From Patescibacteria group bacterium (GTDB lineage Bacteria; Patescibacteriota; Patescibacteriia; JAACEG01), in NCBI GenBank assembly GCA_034660655.1, contig JAYEJU010000056.1:1-55461 (forward strand): a stretch of DNA of 55,461 nucleotides, read 5' to 3'. How positions within the stretch are numbered: the first letter of the stretch is position 1; each line of letters starts with the position of its first letter. Shown one piece after another: positions 7,985 through 16,657 of this stretch. The notes beneath the pieces were generated by a model. The model had not been told where the DNA came from, searched no databases, and was given only the letters and a program-made list of their open reading frames with translations. Both the position numbers and the translations under genes were made by a program.

Positions 7985-8008
7985 TTAATTTACCAGCTGG
8001 TAAATTAA
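7985..8008. repeat. Perfect 24-bp palindrome TTAATTTACCAG|CTGGTAAATTAA just after the kinase stop
   Basis: Self-complementary over all 24 nt. It contains a TTACC-N4-GGTAA core like the TetR operators at 47453 and 53244. No clear U-run follows. Confidence 0.6.
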
Positions 8009-8076
8009 AAATTAAAAATTTTATACCTTATAGTCTTGACAAAAAGCAATATTTTTTTTATTCTTAATATTATTAT

Positions 8077-8150
8077 CGCGGGGTAGAGCAGTGGCAGCTC
8101 GTTGGGCCCATAACCCAAAGGTCGCAGGTTCGAATCCTGCCCCCGCAACA
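8077..8150 (+). tRNA. Initiator tRNA-fMet (CAU)
   Basis: Cloverleaf CGCGGGG-TA-GAGC..GCTC-G-TTGGG-CCCATAA-CCCAA-AGGTC-GCAGG-TTCGAAT-CCTGC-CCCCGCA-A. The C1.A72 mismatch and three G-C pairs closing the anticodon stem are bacterial initiator hallmarks. No encoded CCA. Confidence 0.9.
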
Positions 8151-8223
8151 TGAAGTTTTATTTGTATATTTTACAAAGCAAAAAAATAAAAAAAACAAGT
8201 AATGAATAAGGAGGCAAAAAAGG

Positions 8224-8388
8224 GTGAAGAAAATAGAGGAAAGAATAGGTAAAAAAGTTTTTTGTTGTAAAGATAAAAAAAGAAGGAATGGGACTATAGT
8301 TTCGGATTCAGACCCTGAAAAATTGATTGTCTATTTTGACAATCACATCATAAAAAATTGCGCAGGTTGCAGGTTTTTGGCAAAATGA
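8224..8388 (+). CDS. Small Cys-rich hypothetical protein (54 aa)
   Basis: Strong SD AAGGAGG (8208-8214) lies 9 nt before GTG 8224. Translation VKKIEERIGKKVFCCKDKK...NCAGCRFLAK has CC...CxxC. A clean terminator follows at 8412-8440. Confidence 0.5.
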   Translation: MKKIEERIGKKVFCCKDKKRRNGTIVSDSDPEKLIVYFDNHIIKNCAGCRFLAK

Positions 8389-8411
8389 GATATTATAAAT
8401 TAGTGTGAAAC

Positions 8412-8440
8412 AGGCGTTTGAAAAAACGCCTTTTATTTTT
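8412..8440 (+). terminator. Rho-independent terminator
   Basis: AGGCGTTT-gaaa-AAACGCCT followed by TTTATTTTT. Confidence 0.7.
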
Positions 8441-8513
8441 AAAACATTAAAAAGAATACTATTGACTATTTTAAAAAATAATATAAACTATTATAAGTTA
8501 GCGTTTTAAGAAA

Positions 8514-8595
8514 GGGTCGGTACCAAAGCGGTCAAATGGGGCTGACTGTAAATCAGCTGGCTTTGCCTTCGGGGGTTCGAATCCCTCCCGGCCCA
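8514..8595 (+). tRNA. tRNA-Tyr (GUA), class II with long variable arm
   Basis: GGGTCGG...GCTGA-CTGTAAA-TCAGC-TGGCTTTGCCTTC-GGGGG-TTCGAAT-CCCTC-CCGGCCC-A. Collinear with E. coli tRNA-Tyr. Confidence 0.9.
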
Positions 8596-8728
8596 CAAAT
8601 CAAAAATTAAATTAATCTATCATGCCCTTAAAAATTAATTTCCTCTGTTTTTAAAACGGACAAAAGGGCAGAAGTTCTGTATTTTAATTAATTAAGTGAT
8701 TAAAATATAGGAATAAAAGGAAAAATTT

Positions 8729-9448
8729 ATGTCTAAAAAAATAGAACTTTCAGAGATGCTGAAAGCAGGATTGCATTTTGGCCATAGTGTTTCAAAATGG
8801 CATCCTAAAATGGAGCCTTACATTTTTACTTCGCGTAACGGAATTCATATTATTAATTTGGAAAAAACAGCTAAAAAGCTTGAAAAAAGTTTAAGTTTTT
8901 TAAAGGATTTGTCATCTAATGGCGGTGTAACGCTTTTTTTAGGAAGCAAACCGCAGATTAGAGATATTGTTAAAAAAAGCGCTATAGACGCTGGAGCGTC
9001 TTATGTTGTTGATAGATGGTTAGGTGGAACTATTACTAATTTTTCTGTTATTTTTAAAAGCATTAAAAGATATATTCTTTTAAAACAGCAGAAAGAAAAA
9101 GGAGAGTGGATAAAATATAAAAAGAAAGAGCAGTTAAGTTTAGGAAAAGAACTTGAAAAATTAGAAAAAAAATTTGGGGGGATAGAAGCACTAAAAAAAA
9201 TTCCTGATGTTATTTTTGTGGCAGACGCTAAAAATGAAAAAACAGCAATAGCTGAAGCAAAAATAAAAAAAGTTCCTATTGTCGCATTGTGCGATACTAA
9301 TGTTAATCCAGAAGAAATTGATTATGTAATTCCTGGAAACGACGATTCAATAAAAGGAGTCCAAATGATTTTGGATTTTGTCGCATCAGCGATAAAAGAG
9401 GGTAAAGAAATTTTTGATAAAAAGCCGGGTATGATTGAGGAAAAATAA
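8729..9448 (+). CDS. rpsB: 30S ribosomal protein S2
   Basis: LKAGLHFGHSVSKWHPKM..., WLGGTITNF and DTNVNPEEIDYVIPGNDDS are canonical S2 blocks. Confidence 0.95.
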   Translation: MSKKIELSEMLKAGLHFGHSVSKWHPKMEPYIFTSRNGIHIINLEKTAKKLEKSLSFLKDLSSNGGVTLFLGSKPQIRDIVKKSAIDAGASYVVDRWLGGTITNFSVIFKSIKRYILLKQQKEKGEWIKYKKKEQLSLGKELEKLEKKFGGIEALKKIPDVIFVADAKNEKTAIAEAKIKKVPIVALCDTNVNPEEIDYVIPGNDDSIKGVQMILDFVASAIKEGKEIFDKKPGMIEEK

Positions 9449-9471
9449 TTTGATCAAAAAGATTTATATAC

Positions 9472-9502
9472 AAAAAAAACATATTTGAAATATGTTTTTT
9501 TT
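9472..9502 (+). terminator. AT-rich rho-independent terminator after rpsB
   Basis: AAAACATATTT-g-AAATATGTTTT palindrome followed by a T-run. Confidence 0.45.
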
Positions 9503-9648
9503 GTGGTCAATCACTATTTATTAGAATACTTATTACTTTTTCCTTTTTTCTTTTTGTAATTTCTTTTTAATTTAGGCAATTTAACGCCTGTTGTTTCTTT
9601 GATTTTCTTTTTTCTGGGCATAGGTTTTGTTATTTTTATTATTTTATG

Positions 9649-9722
9649 CGGGGACGAAGGGACTCGAACCCTCGGCCTTCTGCGTGACAGGCAGACGCTC
9701 TAACCGACTGAGCTACGCCCCC
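9649..9722 (-). tRNA. tRNA-Asp (GUC)
   Basis: Reverse complement GGGGGCG-TA-GCTC-AGTCGGTTA-GAGC-G-TCTGC-CTGTCAC-GCAGA-AGGCC-GAGGG-TTCGAGT-CCCTT-CGTCCCC-G. Confidence 0.9.
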
Positions 9723-9725
9723 GTG

Positions 9726-9803
9726 TTAGCTTATAGATTTTAGCTTTACTAGCTTTTAGGAATTTTATTTATATTCTATAAGCTATAAGCTAATGAAGCT
9801 AAT
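9726..9803. repeat. TAGCTT/AAGCTA word-repeat palindrome in the tRNA-Val/tRNA-Asp spacer
   Basis: The left arm has 3x TAGCTT (ttagcttatagattttagctttactagctttt). The right arm has 3x AAGCTA (ataagctataagctaatgaagctaat). A one-armed relative lies at 45524-45562. Confidence 0.6.
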
Positions 9804-9809
9804 ATTAGG

Positions 9810-9883
9810 TGGACGATGTAGGATTCGAACCTACGACCCCTTCGGTGTAAACGAAGTGCTCTAACCAACTGAGCTAATCGTCC
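9810..9883 (-). tRNA. tRNA-Val (UAC)
   Basis: Reverse complement GGACGAT-TA-GCTC-AGTTGGTTA-GAGC-A-CTTCG-TTTACAC-CGAAG-GGGTC-GTAGG-TTCGAAT-CCTAC-ATCGTCC-A. Confidence 0.9.
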
Positions 9884-10001
9884 AAAATTAATTATAAAAT
9901 ATTAAACAATAAGATTTATTATATCAAACCGCAATATTACTGGATATTATAAACCAGCTACCTGTCCCGTCGAATGGCGGGAAGCTAATCGTCCTGATCT
10001 G

Positions 10002-11879
10002 TTATTCTATTTTATCTTTCCAATAAAATTGTTTTTTGGTTTTGATGTACCAATCGCTGATATTTGAAAATCTGTCTGAAGGAATAATAACATTAGATAT
10101 TTTTACGCCTTTTATATTATTGTCAATCATATAAGAATAAATTGGCTGATAAAGAAATATTGCTGGCGTTTCATCATTAAGAATTTTTTGAAATTCATTA
10201 TATTTTTCTTTTCTTATTTTGACATCATTTGTCGCAAGGGCTTCTTCTAAAAGTTTATCAACTTTTTTATTGCTGAAGCTTGATAGATTCAGCCCGCCTT
10301 TTTTATTTTGCGATGAGTGCCAAAATTGGTAGGGATCAGGATCAAACCCAGTCATTTCTCCATAAAGCAGAATTTCATAATTTTTTTCCTCTATTCTATT
10401 TTTTATTTCTGGATTTTCTAATAATTCTATTTCTGTTTTAACACCGATATTTTCCCAATATTTTTTTATTATTTCTGTTATTTCAATGTTTCGTTTAGAA
10501 TTAGCGGAAACTATAATAACTGTTAGTTCTTTGTCTTCTTTTTCTCCGTCAATAGTTATTTCTTTATGATAAAATTTATCATCTTCATTTTTTATAAATT
10601 TTAAACTTTCAATCAATTTTTTACTTTCTTCTGGATTAAAAATATGTTTTTGATTTTCTTTATCAATCCATTTTGTTTTTAATATAGGACCATCAACAAT
10701 ATTTGCTTTATTTTTCAGCAAATCATCAATTATTTTTTCCTGATTAACCGCTAAAGACAATGCTTTTCTGATTTCTTTATTTTTTAAAAGGTCATTTTTA
10801 TTTTGATTTAAAAATAAAGCCGTGTATTGCTGTATTGGAAAAGAAAAATTATTAAGATGTTCTTTATTTTTTAATTCTTCCTCCATTTCTGTCGGTATAA
10901 AGCTTAATCCTTGGACGCTTCTTGTTTTTAACGCTTCTACGGCTTCAATATATGATGAGAAAAAAACAAGAGACAAATTTTTAATAAGTGGTTTTTTTGA
11001 ATAATATTTATCATTTATTGTAAGTAAATATGATTTTATATTTCCTTCTTCGTCTTTTATAAAAGAGTCTGCTTTATACGGTCCAGATCCAATCGGTTTT
11101 AAATTATATTTAGCCAAATTAATATTTGTTAAACTAACTTCTTCCCAAATATGTTTTGGCAAAATGCCAAAAGTCAAAACAGAAATAAACGGAGCATATG
11201 GTTCTTCAAGAATAAATTTTAATGTTCTATCATTGATTTTTTCAGTTTTTACCCCCTTAAAGCTAATGCCAAGAAGGCTTTTAACTTTTTGATACTTAGA
11301 CAGTTCTACGGTAAAAATCACATCGTCAGCCGTGAGCGGTTCATTGTCTTGCCAGAGCAGATTTTCACGCAGATAAAAAATGTATGTTTTTTGGTCTTCG
11401 CTTATTTCATATTTTTCACAAAGATCAGGTTTTAACTTTTGGGTTTCTCCGTCATATTTTAACAATCCCGAAAATATCAATTTTACTAAATCAGCGTCCG
11501 TGTTGTTTGCTTGGCAAAACAGAGGATTTATGTATTGAGGACTGCCGACTATGGCTTCCGTATATGTTCCAGCGACAGTTGGTATCACTTGAATATGATT
11601 TAAATAAAAATTTATAGACAATAAAATCGCGCAAATACAAATAACAACGCTCAAAGATTTGATAATTATTCTTTCTTTGTTTGATAAAAAATGAGGCAAT
11701 TTTCGCAACTGTTTTAATGTTGGAAAATGTGATTTCGACAGATTTAAAACCAATTTTTTATCTAAAGAATCTTGCAATATATTATCTGAGCGTTTTGTAA
11801 ATATTTTTCCAATAATCTTATCAATTATATTGTTTATTTTATTTTTTGTAGATATGATGAACAGTTTTATTTTATCCAC
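10002..11879 (-). CDS. ABC transporter substrate-binding protein, family 5 (peptide/nickel type), membrane-anchored
   Basis: 625 aa. An N-terminal TM anchor is followed by SBP_bac_5-like blocks (LLKYDGETQKLKPDLCEKYEISEDQKTYIFYLRENLLWQD..., GSGPYK). No permease or ATPase genes are adjacent. Confidence 0.75.
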   Translation of the reverse strand: MDKIKLFIISTKNKINNIIDKIIGKIFTKRSDNILQDSLDKKLVLNLSKSHFPTLKQLRKLPHFLSNKERIIIKSLSVVICICAILLSINFYLNHIQVIPTVAGTYTEAIVGSPQYINPLFCQANNTDADLVKLIFSGLLKYDGETQKLKPDLCEKYEISEDQKTYIFYLRENLLWQDNEPLTADDVIFTVELSKYQKVKSLLGISFKGVKTEKINDRTLKFILEEPYAPFISVLTFGILPKHIWEEVSLTNINLAKYNLKPIGSGPYKADSFIKDEEGNIKSYLLTINDKYYSKKPLIKNLSLVFFSSYIEAVEALKTRSVQGLSFIPTEMEEELKNKEHLNNFSFPIQQYTALFLNQNKNDLLKNKEIRKALSLAVNQEKIIDDLLKNKANIVDGPILKTKWIDKENQKHIFNPEESKKLIESLKFIKNEDDKFYHKEITIDGEKEDKELTVIIVSANSKRNIEITEIIKKYWENIGVKTEIELLENPEIKNRIEEKNYEILLYGEMTGFDPDPYQFWHSSQNKKGGLNLSSFSNKKVDKLLEEALATNDVKIRKEKYNEFQKILNDETPAIFLYQPIYSYMIDNNIKGVKISNVIIPSDRFSNISDWYIKTKKQFYWKDKIE

Positions 11880-11908
11880 GAATTTGGTGTTAATGATATA
11901 GAATTATA

Positions 11909-12124
11909 TTAAATAACTAAGGCAATAACGCCTGTCCCTAAAAATATGACAACCAAAATAATTGTGCTTTTGAATAAAAATTTTTCAGCTCCTCTTTTCG
12001 CGCTGTATATATCATTTGATCCTCCAAATATCCCTGATAATCCTGAACCTCTTTGTTGCATTAAAATAAAAATAATTAACAGCAAGGCGCTTACTAATTG
12101 TAAAACAATTAAAAAATTTTCCAT
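11909..12124 (-). CDS. secG: Preprotein translocase subunit SecG
   Basis: 71 aa with two TM helices. LLIIFILMQQRGSGLSGIFGG is the SecG signature. Confidence 0.85.
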   Translation of the reverse strand: MENFLIVLQLVSALLLIIFILMQQRGSGLSGIFGGSNDIYSAKRGAEKFLFKSTIILVVIFLGTGVIALVI

Positions 12125-12327
12125 AATTTTAAATTAATTTTAATAATTGACTTGTAACAAAATTAATTATGATATAAGTCTATTATAAAATTAACAAGAA
12201 ATTTATATTTAGTCAATAGAAAAAACAAAAATTCATATTTTAAATTTCACAAACGCGAAAAAATGTGTTAATTTGTATATGAGTTACATTATTATCTATA
12301 TAGTAGCAAAATTAAAAAAATAAAATA

Positions 12328-12366
12328 TAATTTGTAAAATTTTGAGTTTTAAGTTTTGAATTTTAA
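12328..12366. repeat. Short ATTTG/TTTGA low-complexity repeat arm
   Basis: taatttgtaaaattttgagttttaagttttgaatttt. Same word family as 19665-19760. It overlaps the TTG start proposed by the ORF track. Confidence 0.4.
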
Positions 12367-12373
12367 AAAATAT

Positions 12374-13717
12374 ATGTTGAGCAAAAATAAAAAAATATGG
12401 CTTATTGCCGTTGATATGGGGTATGGGCATCAACGCGCGGCTTATCCTTTAGAAAAATTAGCTTATAGTGGAGATATTATTAATGTTAATAGTTATAAAG
12501 GCATACCAAAAAAAGATTTGAAAAGCTGGCGCCAGAGCAAAAAATTTTATAATTTTATTTCGCGCTTTAAGAATTTTCCTTTGATTGGAAAGCGCGTTTT
12601 TAATATTTTTGACAGGTTCCAGTCAATTTCTCATTTTTATCCAAAAAGAGATTTGTCTAAACCTAATCTTCAGCTTTTGAGTACTATTTCTTTAATCAAA
12701 AAGGGCTGGGGAAAACATTTTGTTGAAAAATTAAAAAAGAAAAATATTCCTTTGGTTACTTCTTTTTTTGTGCCAGCTTATATGGCGGAGATTCATAATT
12801 TTAGCAATGATATTTATATATTGGTTTGCGACACTGATATTAGCAGAGCATGGGCGCCTTATAAGCCGAACATCAGCAAAATTAAATATTTGGCGCCAAA
12901 CCATCGTGTTATTGAACGCCTTAAGCTTTATGGCGTTCCTGCAAACAGAATTTTTTTAAGCGGTTTTCCTTTGCCTTTGGAAAATTTGGGAAATAAAAAT
13001 TTGGATATTTTGAAACGCGATCTTGGAAGCCGTTTGGTTAATTTAGATCCGAAGCATAAGCGTATTGACAAATACAAAGGAAGTATTATAAAGGAGTTGG
13101 GAAAGAAAAATTTTTTTTATCATAAAAAAAGAATATTGTCATTGACTTTTGCTGTTGGAGGAGCTGGAGCGCAAAGAGATTTAGGGATTGTTATCGTAAA
13201 AAGCTTAGCAGACAAAATTAAAAACAGAAAAATTCAAGTAAATTTAATAGCTGGGATTCATAACCATGTAAATCAGTTTTTTAAAGAAAATATTCAAAAG
13301 TTAGGGCTGAGAGCTGAACTAGGCAAGGGCATAAAAATAATTTTTGCTTCTGATAAAAATAAATATTTTAAAAAATTTAATCAAGTTTTAAGGAAAACAG
13401 ACATTCTTTGGACAAAGCCGAGCGAGCTTAGTTTTTATGTTGCTTTGGGAATTCCGATTATTATGTCAAGTCCGATCGGTTCTCAAGAAAAGTTTAATAA
13501 AAAATGGCTGATGGCGATCGGAGCCGGGATTCAACAGCAAAATCCAAAACATACTAATGAATGGCTATTTGATTGGCTTGAAGGCGGGATTTTTGTTGAA
13601 GCCGCTATTAACGGATATTTTAAAGCTGAAAAATTTGGTTTGTTTAACATAGAAAAAATAGTGTTTGGCAATCCAGAAAAAATTAGCAAAAAGAGCGAAA
13701 AATATCCGCAATATTAA
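12374..13717 (+). CDS. GT-B fold glycosyltransferase, MGDG-synthase/MurG-like (GT28-like)
   Basis: N-terminal DMGYGHQRAA resembles the GxGH motif of diacylglycerol glycosyltransferases. C-terminal TKPSELSFYVALGIPIIM...GSQEKFN resembles the nucleotide-sugar binding half. ATG 12374 preferred. Confidence 0.45.
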   Translation: MLSKNKKIWLIAVDMGYGHQRAAYPLEKLAYSGDIINVNSYKGIPKKDLKSWRQSKKFYNFISRFKNFPLIGKRVFNIFDRFQSISHFYPKRDLSKPNLQLLSTISLIKKGWGKHFVEKLKKKNIPLVTSFFVPAYMAEIHNFSNDIYILVCDTDISRAWAPYKPNISKIKYLAPNHRVIERLKLYGVPANRIFLSGFPLPLENLGNKNLDILKRDLGSRLVNLDPKHKRIDKYKGSIIKELGKKNFFYHKKRILSLTFAVGGAGAQRDLGIVIVKSLADKIKNRKIQVNLIAGIHNHVNQFFKENIQKLGLRAELGKGIKIIFASDKNKYFKKFNQVLRKTDILWTKPSELSFYVALGIPIIMSSPIGSQEKFNKKWLMAIGAGIQQQNPKHTNEWLFDWLEGGIFVEAAINGYFKAEKFGLFNIEKIVFGNPEKISKKSEKYPQY

Positions 13718-13794
13718 AATCAATTTTCAATTTTTTATTTTTTTAAATTTATTAAAGCTGTTGCCAGATTGATTATCAATTACAAATAAAATAT

Positions 13795-15579
13795 ATGTCT
13801 TCTACCACTGAAGAAATAAAATCAAGATTGGATATAGTGGAGGTTGTTGCTGAATATGTTAAATTAACTCAAGCTGGAAGTAATTGGAAAGGCTTATGCC
13901 CTTTCCATAATGAAAAAACACCGTCGTTTTTAGTAAGCCAAGAAAGACAATATTGGCATTGTTTTGGTTGCGGAGAAGGTGGAGATATTTTTACTTTTAT
14001 AATGAAAATTGAAGGGTTGGAATTTTATGAATCTTTAAAATTATTGGCGAAAAAAGCAGGGATTGAAATAAAGCAACAAAATATACAAACAATTAATTTA
14101 AAAAATAAACTTTTAGATATAAATGAATTATCTAAAAAATTTTTTCATTATATTTTACAAAATTCGCATTCGGCTGAAAACGCAAGAAAATATTTAGAGA
14201 AAAGAGGAATTAAAAAAGAAACAATTGAAAAATTTGAATTAGGATGCGCTCCTAATTTTTGGGATAAGTCATTAAATTTTTTAAAATCAAAAGGATATAA
14301 AATAGAAGATATTTTTTTGGCTGGAATTGTTGTTAAAAAAGATAATAGATATTACGATCGTTTTCGCGATCGTTTAATTTTTCCAATAAATAATTTGCAC
14401 GGACAAACAGTTGGATTTAGCGCAAGAGCTTTAAATAAAGAAGACAACGCAAAATATATTAACAGTCCGCAAACAGAAATTTATAATAAAAGCGAAATTT
14501 TATACGGATTAGACAAAGCTAAAAATAGCGCGCGCAAAAAAAACGAAATTATTTTAGTTGAAGGACAAATGGATATGGTTTCATCTCATCAGGCGGGGGT
14601 TGACAATGTTGTGGCAACTTCTGGAACTGCTTTGACTAAACAGCAAATTAAAATTTTAAAAAGATATTCTGATAATTTGTTATTAGTTTTTGATGAAGAT
14701 CAAGCGGGATATAATGCTTTTAGAAAAGGTAGTCAAATAGCTGTTTTTTCCGAAGCTTTTAAAACAGGAGCAAATTTAAAAGCAATTTATTTGCCTGACG
14801 GACAAGATCCCGATGATTGTATTAGAAAAAATCCAAAAGAATGGAAAGACGCGATTAAAAAAGCAATGCCATATTTAGAAAAATATATTAAGCAAGCATT
14901 AGATAAATTTGATATGGATAGTGTTGAAGGCAAAAAATCAATTTTGAATTTTATGAAAATTCTTGCTATCGTTCCCAGCAAAATAGAGCAAGATTATTAT
15001 ATAAAAAAATTGTCGCAAATTTTAGGTATTGACGAAGAATGTTTAAGAGAAGATTTAGAAAATATTAAAGAAAAACGCGCAAACACTGTTGTAAAAAATG
15101 AGCAAGTTGTTGCCGTTAAAAAGGATGGAAGTCTAAAATTAGCGGAACAGATTATTGCTTTATTGTTAAAATACCCTGATAGCGCGAGTTGTTTTAAAAG
15201 CAATTTAGACAAAGAAATTTTTATTAGTTCAGATTTAATTAAGATTTACGAAAAATTTTTTGATTTTTACAAAAACAAAAAAATAATGGGAAACTCAGAA
15301 GATTTTATTGATAGCTTTAAAGAAAGCAATGAGCAGTTATTCTATTTTTGCGAAGAATTTTTGTTGTTAGCTGAAAAGGATTTTTCAGATTTTGACAAAA
15401 AAGAAGCAAAAGAATATATAGTTGAACATTTAAAAAAATTGCAAAAATTTTATATTATAAAACAAAAGAAAATTTTAGAAAACAAAATAAGAAAAGCAGA
15501 AGAGCAGGACAGCGAGATCGTTGACGAATTATTGCAGGAAGCTTTTTTATTAGATAAAAAATTATTGGAGTTAGAATAA
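13795..15579 (+). CDS. dnaG: DNA primase DnaG
   Basis: CHC2 zinc finger (CPFHNEKTPSF...WHCFGCGEGGD). TOPRIM block (ILVEGQMDMVS...VFDEDQAG). Confidence 0.95.
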   Translation: MSSTTEEIKSRLDIVEVVAEYVKLTQAGSNWKGLCPFHNEKTPSFLVSQERQYWHCFGCGEGGDIFTFIMKIEGLEFYESLKLLAKKAGIEIKQQNIQTINLKNKLLDINELSKKFFHYILQNSHSAENARKYLEKRGIKKETIEKFELGCAPNFWDKSLNFLKSKGYKIEDIFLAGIVVKKDNRYYDRFRDRLIFPINNLHGQTVGFSARALNKEDNAKYINSPQTEIYNKSEILYGLDKAKNSARKKNEIILVEGQMDMVSSHQAGVDNVVATSGTALTKQQIKILKRYSDNLLLVFDEDQAGYNAFRKGSQIAVFSEAFKTGANLKAIYLPDGQDPDDCIRKNPKEWKDAIKKAMPYLEKYIKQALDKFDMDSVEGKKSILNFMKILAIVPSKIEQDYYIKKLSQILGIDEECLREDLENIKEKRANTVVKNEQVVAVKKDGSLKLAEQIIALLLKYPDSASCFKSNLDKEIFISSDLIKIYEKFFDFYKNKKIMGNSEDFIDSFKESNEQLFYFCEEFLLLAEKDFSDFDKKEAKEYIVEHLKKLQKFYIIKQKKILENKIRKAEEQDSEIVDELLQEAFLLDKKLLELE

Positions 15580-15586
15580 TCAAAAT

Positions 15587-16510
15587 ATGATTAAAATATA
15601 CAAAAATTCAATTCAGCAGAAAAAGCTGAGGCAGATAAAAAATTATGAAGTTCATAGCTGGATTTCTGTTGTCAGTCCGATAGAAAATGAAGCCAATGAT
15701 ATTGGCAGGCGTTTTAATATTTTCAAAGAAACAATGCAGGATTGCTTGGACGGCAATGAACTTCCAAGAATTAAAATTGAAAATAAAAACCTAATTGTTA
15801 TTTTAAGAGTGACAGTAAAAAAAGATAATATTTATTCAACTTCTCCTTTAACAATTATTTTAAATGATAAAAATATTACGACCATAGCTTTGGAAGAAAC
15901 AGATATAATTAATGATTTAAAAAGACAAAAGATAGAAGTCTACACAACCCAGCGTTCAAATTTTTTAATAAATATTTGCTTGTCAATAATCAATTATTAT
16001 CAAAAAAATATAAATTCGATAACAAAAGATGTGCAAGCAAAAAAGAAAAATATACAAAAAATTAGTAAAAAGGATGTTTTTCATCTAATAGAAATAGAGG
16101 AAATTTTGAATAATTTTATTTCTTCATTAGTTCCGAATATAAATGTTATTAAAAGAATTTTAAGCCATAATTATATTGACTTATATCAAAAAGACAAAAA
16201 TTTAATTAGCGATTTGCTGGTTGACGGAGAGCAGGTTTTGGATCTGTGCAAAACAAATCTGAGAACCATAAATAATATTAGGGAAGGTTATTCAACTGTT
16301 TTGTCTATGCGATTAAACCAAATTATCCAGATTTTGACATATTTGACTGTTTTTTTAACAATTCCAATGATTATTGCCAGCGCTTACGGAATGAATATTA
16401 GGCTTCCGTTTTCAGGTAGCGAAAATATTTTTTGGATTTTACTGCTTGTAAATTTTTTGATTATGGGAATTGTTTTAGTTGGTTTTATTATATTCAAAAA
16501 AAGGCTGTGA
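15587..16510 (+). CDS. corA: CorA-family magnesium/cobalt transporter
   Basis: C-terminal two TM helices with the YGMN motif (ASAYGMNIRLPF). Ends in TGA. Confidence 0.85.
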   Translation: MIKIYKNSIQQKKLRQIKNYEVHSWISVVSPIENEANDIGRRFNIFKETMQDCLDGNELPRIKIENKNLIVILRVTVKKDNIYSTSPLTIILNDKNITTIALEETDIINDLKRQKIEVYTTQRSNFLINICLSIINYYQKNINSITKDVQAKKKNIQKISKKDVFHLIEIEEILNNFISSLVPNINVIKRILSHNYIDLYQKDKNLISDLLVDGEQVLDLCKTNLRTINNIREGYSTVLSMRLNQIIQILTYLTVFLTIPMIIASAYGMNIRLPFSGSENIFWILLLVNFLIMGIVLVGFIIFKKRL

Positions 16511-16519
16511 TTGATTTTT

Positions 16520-16569
16520 TGTCGTTGCGAGGAATAGAGTTTAAGCAAAGCTAAAATGAAATGACGAAG
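16520..16569. repeat. Degenerate MITE-like fragment
   Basis: TGTCGTTGCGAGGAAT...GAAATGACGAAG. TGTCGTTGC is identical to the inner module of the 6833-6976 element. Confidence 0.45.
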
Positions 16570-16657
16570 AAATTTTATGATTCATTTTGTTAATTAAATT
16601 AAAATAATAAGTTTAAATAATATGGTATATCTGGCTTCGCCATAAATAATTAATAAT

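Noticed and set aside
9514-9621. A 35-aa highly basic ORF (MPRKKKIKETTGVKLPKLKRNYKKKKGKSNKYSNK) on the minus strand just downstream of tRNA-Asp.
   Set aside because: There is no SD and no recognisable family. A lysine-rich translation is expected by chance from A-rich DNA. It is not listed as a gene, though a small basic protein cannot be excluded.
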